A DNA stretch of 64,000 nucleotides from a virus: the IMG/VR virus record IMGVR_UViG_3300012931_000001, positions 4,711 through 68,710 of that record; one strand, given 5' to 3'. Made by a program: the position numbers and the translations under genes. The first letter of the stretch is position 1. Every line of letters starts with the position of its first letter. Below the pieces are notes generated by a model that saw nothing but the letters and a program-made list of their open reading frames with translations, made no database searches and was not told the origin of the DNA. Shown here piece by piece: positions 62,601 to 64,000 of the stretch.

Positions 62601-63082
62601 TTCCATACGCCGGACCCAAAATAATATTCTAAGTTGATATTAAATCTCTCCACGAAATCCTGAACGGTAAGCGGCAAGGTGAAATCGTACGAGATTAGTT
62701 GCTGTGTGCCACCGGTTGAAACATAGTTGGCGAACTCGTATCGCTGAAGATCCGCCCGTTGCGATTTGAACACAAGGGTGTACTTATAGCGCAATGACGA
62801 GGTATCCTTGACGCATGAAGGAGTTAGCGTGATTAGGGTGAATTTCTCACCCCTGAATTCCACATACCAATCCTTGTCAAACGCTGGGATCATGTCCGGC
62901 TCCACGTATAGATCCAATTCTATGGACGCCATCTCCATCTCTTTTTCCGAGTACGTGAATCCTTCGACGTCGAAATGAGTCAATCCGCGTACCCAAAAGG
63001 TCAGAGCTTCGTTGTTGAACAGGAGCACCTCGCTGTTAAATTCGAGCGCGGCTAGTTTATCGGTGTATATTCTCTTTTTCAT
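56696..63082 (-). CDS. Large tail tip / baseplate hub-adhesin protein (2128 aa)
   Basis: N-terminal hub-like region, IDKLNIRKTLTVNELVINQV motif, CBM5/12-like YSPTAIYYVGNTVYY, three Ig-like repeats (L[ST]N[EQP][SA]H[TN][VI]), G-x-x-G linkers; very S/T-rich. Confidence 0.85.
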   Translation of the reverse strand: MKKRIYTDKLAALEFNSEVLLFNNEALTFWVRGLTHFDVEGFTYSEKEMEMASIELDLYVEPDMIPAFDKDWYVEFRGEKFTLITLTPSCVKDTSSLRYKYTLVFKSQRADLQRYEFANYVSTGGTQQLISYDFTLPLTVQDFVERFNINLEYYFGSGVWNMVLDDSYMDNLTTTIYDGTSRVTTAFSRETLWSLLTGLYDIYGLRWKITDVDGVMTITLGYTPITLSHTFKYGFEEGLTSFERVNSQPDVYTRLSGKGSSINLPYRYFDTATDDYIEDPDNNTYTQNIPYTGLMPKSYRDYVKGWNGTSIEVETYAYLKGVADASVGNDFNPVDYVISESAEAIYGIRKGSVEDNDDIHPTLQNVSTASLGRLDEIVSVEAVLNDDYNDTDTSLNTVVTEAVLMQKYQKTTASADFSLSSAEFEIIEDFGNIAFSVTFADASLSNEGDWADHRECLFGYTVEVMSGESTIDSSTISVDHYGEATLSTSFTFKNLDPGTYKIAITGYFYVQVLSRNETFSVSLSAITRSQTNEYQEIFDIWIKNIWDSSQNSGESDDTYMHRIWDPLVAPSEDMTVMFSDGLLAGSDYKFTIAVPSDSTDYYIYHDETKSIDTSVGTVNSHWRLSLMKSDAELEASDYYLPTIAINASAGDHFYFTGIEMPYYPYVYDAEEREQVYLENELAKVNDENPTYTIKPSAAFLESYSENASIGTGVKVNIGDPQIFGSDPAGLFISNVTIEYKTGVLLPEWTITVVDEPTSSKNAVSILQGDVKVLSSNLTSAASLIEQVELKLDSRYLRKDGESDVSYSKTTFKDSITTTGSITSSSFLQGQVGGYGYSIYKDANGYYVLEIDKLNIRKTLTVNELVINQVSIYGGVHVYSAACMTVSSIDSSNASYHVCYLDIKNGTVLNQFAVGDHAYCQRFDPETNDIIKYYWKPVLEVGYDYIVISADPSVGDGDGVPAVGDNIAQLGNATNTARQSALIIDQTNGGTVTQYAEISGYTLTDKEFIQFGFDPSTGRAFETIYGDAYIGGRNSATDNYIKFDSSTGIISFRGVITQDSTVVDSVGNESALTVDRGAYSPTAIYYVGNTVYYLGSTYYCDVQTTAGTPPTDTGCWHVMAEAGSDGISVVNSNQSHTVPASTDGIVSSYTGSGTTIRVYEGSTLLQYSYVWAAGKFTIGTPIVSPSGSITVGSRSGGGTTTALVNVHSAMSNSEDVVTITYPLTINRADGSDVTMSTTQTITKSKTGATGAAAKRITLSATSQMILETELGVRTPTAISVVGVGENTSISAWTYSVDGGNFSSTVPTGLSRTGLSVNISTADVTFNTLSIKATDGSISDTLSIALAEDGSSAISVMLTNESHTVSADSSGNLYSGELAKAVTAVKVFRGGTELTIGSDYYIEAVSPSSGLTFSLNGADVQLTSMDSSIDSGYADITINDTDEAWGIEKRFSIAKSLAGATGTAGTAAKLVTVTASSNIISQAKDGTTTPTTITVNASTQGSVGTMAWMFSVDGGTFSATVPTDVSVNSATLTITSASATFTTLSCKYTDGTYYDTGTISRVIDGSDALTMVLSNPAHNIQCASDGTYTSEALDLAYTEVRVYRGSDIVDLIDTGIDISVAGMTALSELGSSSEYIKVYAESITANNAYADITLDIDGLGVEVLTQRFTVVKSLAGAAGATGAATVSIYCESQSLSVTPSTNAFTKAISVKLFSGTTAIPYASWTSYGKTVTNMAYGSDTHADSYSYTVNLTGFTLSTVTVGYVTVSIIYGGVTYSISISVARVFNSIEIRKGSWVSGTSYIGNCIQRDVVKYTNGVYYAVKTSVGTFTSSTAPSTDTTNWEALNSFENIATGTLLADNANIAEFIYKDAQMISQSGTINGDASTNWDSSLFVPNLTLDGSTGIITARNAVIQGAINASSGIFSGELDAVTGTFVSLQAYEDPSVQIVLGDEGLMFHGDLSHQGVDSSGNAWKFRTGDVWCRGVFGSTRRTAVVVDGSTAIYYVNGIGSSPYYSATLTSATDTNSNTYYSLPLYGTSGTAAGFPVDLVIFRVLSGTYRYRFTGLSVGKKFTLINANDNSDIYFYCGGLDTLLSGGCIRECFYLYNLLYPAQTAGILGYGLMLGAEYDNDW

Positions 63083-63555
63083 CCGTTCCAGGGTTGTAAT
63101 GTTTGTGGATCTGCCACGTATAGTACCAATTCAAAAAGATAGGCTGATTTCTCCACCTCCGTCAACTTCGGATAATAACCCTTCTCCGGGTTCGTCTTGA
63201 TATATCCAGTCACCCTGACGCCCTTCCACTCGTTATAGATGGTAATCGGCAACGCCTTTCGCAAATCAACCCCCGCCGTTATCTCGAAACAAGAGTCGAA
63301 AAAAGCATGGACGGAGCTGTTCACGGTTGACGAATCACCGATAGCAAGCAGTTGGCATGTATAATCGAACGTCTTAAACGTCGTGTATGGATAAATCTCC
63401 ACAGCCGCCGATTCGGGGTATTTTTGTTCCTCGTAATCTTTGAGTGGGGCGGTCACGGTGTCATCGGATTCCATCAGGTGGAAGCCGTAATAGGATTCGG
63501 CGTCACGAACGGCGCCGGTGGAGATTTGGATATGGATTTTACAGTTGCGTGGCAT
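63079..63555 (-). CDS. Distal tail protein (Dit-like)
   Basis: 158 aa immediately upstream of the hub gene. Confidence 0.55.
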   Translation of the reverse strand: MPRNCKIHIQISTGAVRDAESYYGFHLMESDDTVTAPLKDYEEQKYPESAAVEIYPYTTFKTFDYTCQLLAIGDSSTVNSSVHAFFDSCFEITAGVDLRKALPITIYNEWKGVRVTGYIKTNPEKGYYPKLTEVEKSAYLFELVLYVADPQTLQPWNG

Positions 63556-63745
63556 CGGTGGGTGGGTTAAGAATTGATAAATCTACGTCAAACGGAAAAG
63601 GCTCTACAAACACAACCGACTCCAACCGTTCACCCGTTCCGTCTTCATTATAAAGTGCGCCGCGTATTGAACCATCTTCAAGGACTGTTTGTAGCTCGAA
63701 GGTATCTTGACTGATACCCTCGATGTTGATTTTATAAATATTCAT
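63539..63745 (-). CDS. Small tail-region protein
   Basis: 68 aa, coupled to both neighbours. Confidence 0.5.
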   Translation of the reverse strand: MNIYKINIEGISQDTFELQTVLEDGSIRGALYNEDGTGERLESVVFVEPFPFDVDLSILNPPTDATQL

Positions 63746-64000
63746 TGTATGCTGATTTTAGAAGTACATTGACCATAAACCTACCCGCTGTGTCAGTTTT
63801 TGCGGTTGCCGAAACTCGTACCGTGCAATCAACCAATTGTAACGACTGCGCAACGCTGATAGGGATGTAGGCGGGTTGATTAGCTGTTATCGCTACCCCT
63901 GTGCAAAGCGTTTCCTTTGCAGCACCCGCCCCTGTGTATAACACCGCTTGAAATCCTGTCATAGCTGTTTCAGATACAACACGCAAAGCCATCACGCAAT
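63732..64000 (-). CDS. Tail-region protein, possibly 5'-truncated by the window edge
   Basis: Frame stays open to the window end; beta-rich sequence. Confidence 0.5.
   Translation of the reverse strand, partial: CVMALRVVSETAMTGFQAVLYTGAGAAKETLCTGVAITANQPAYIPISVAQSLQLVDCTVRVSATAKTDTAGRFMVNVLLKSAYNEYL

Noticed and set aside
56696-63082. Diversity-generating retroelement or invertible tail-fibre cassette
   Set aside because: No reverse transcriptase, no TR/VR pair and no flanking inverted repeats seen; internal repeats are diverged at the DNA level.
1-64000. Stop-codon reassignment, introns or inteins
   Set aside because: Core genes are uninterrupted and of normal length under code 11; no splice or intein motifs seen.

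Overview
The window appears to be most of the genome of a long-tailed (siphovirus-type) dsDNA phage. It starts inside the tape-measure gene, and the downstream tail genes reappear at the right end, so the contig looks circularly permuted. The host is inferred to be Bacteroidota from TTTG-N20-TAnnTTTG promoters, AT-rich leaders without Shine-Dalgarno sequences, and DUF4494/DUF3127/DUF6371-like genes. Layout: head and tail operon (minus, 1-7.7 kb); divergent terminase large subunit; HNH gene and a tRNA/ncRNA cluster (9.4-11 kb); a two-domain glycosyltransferase, a kinase-like gene and the portal (11-15.5 kb); recombination genes and an SF2 helicase (plus, 15.6-25.7 kb); replication, methylase and glycosyltransferase genes (minus, 25.7-41.5 kb); a ~1.5 kb non-coding control region with iterons, IHF-like sites and palindromes; many small early genes and a serine recombinase (plus, 43-54 kb); lysis and distal tail genes (minus, 54-64 kb). 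Most notable: (1) five glycosyltransferase domains, including a GT11 fucosyltransferase, plus an O-methyltransferase, which could be a virion glycosylation pathway; (2) a Com-like zinc finger with tandem AGAGWCCA sites overlapping a terminator ahead of the capsid operon; (3) covarying kissing-loop leaders ahead of both HNH genes; (4) a tRNA with alanine identity and a 9-nt anticodon loop; (5) a symmetric iteron origin. All calls come from motif recognition by eye; no database search was run.
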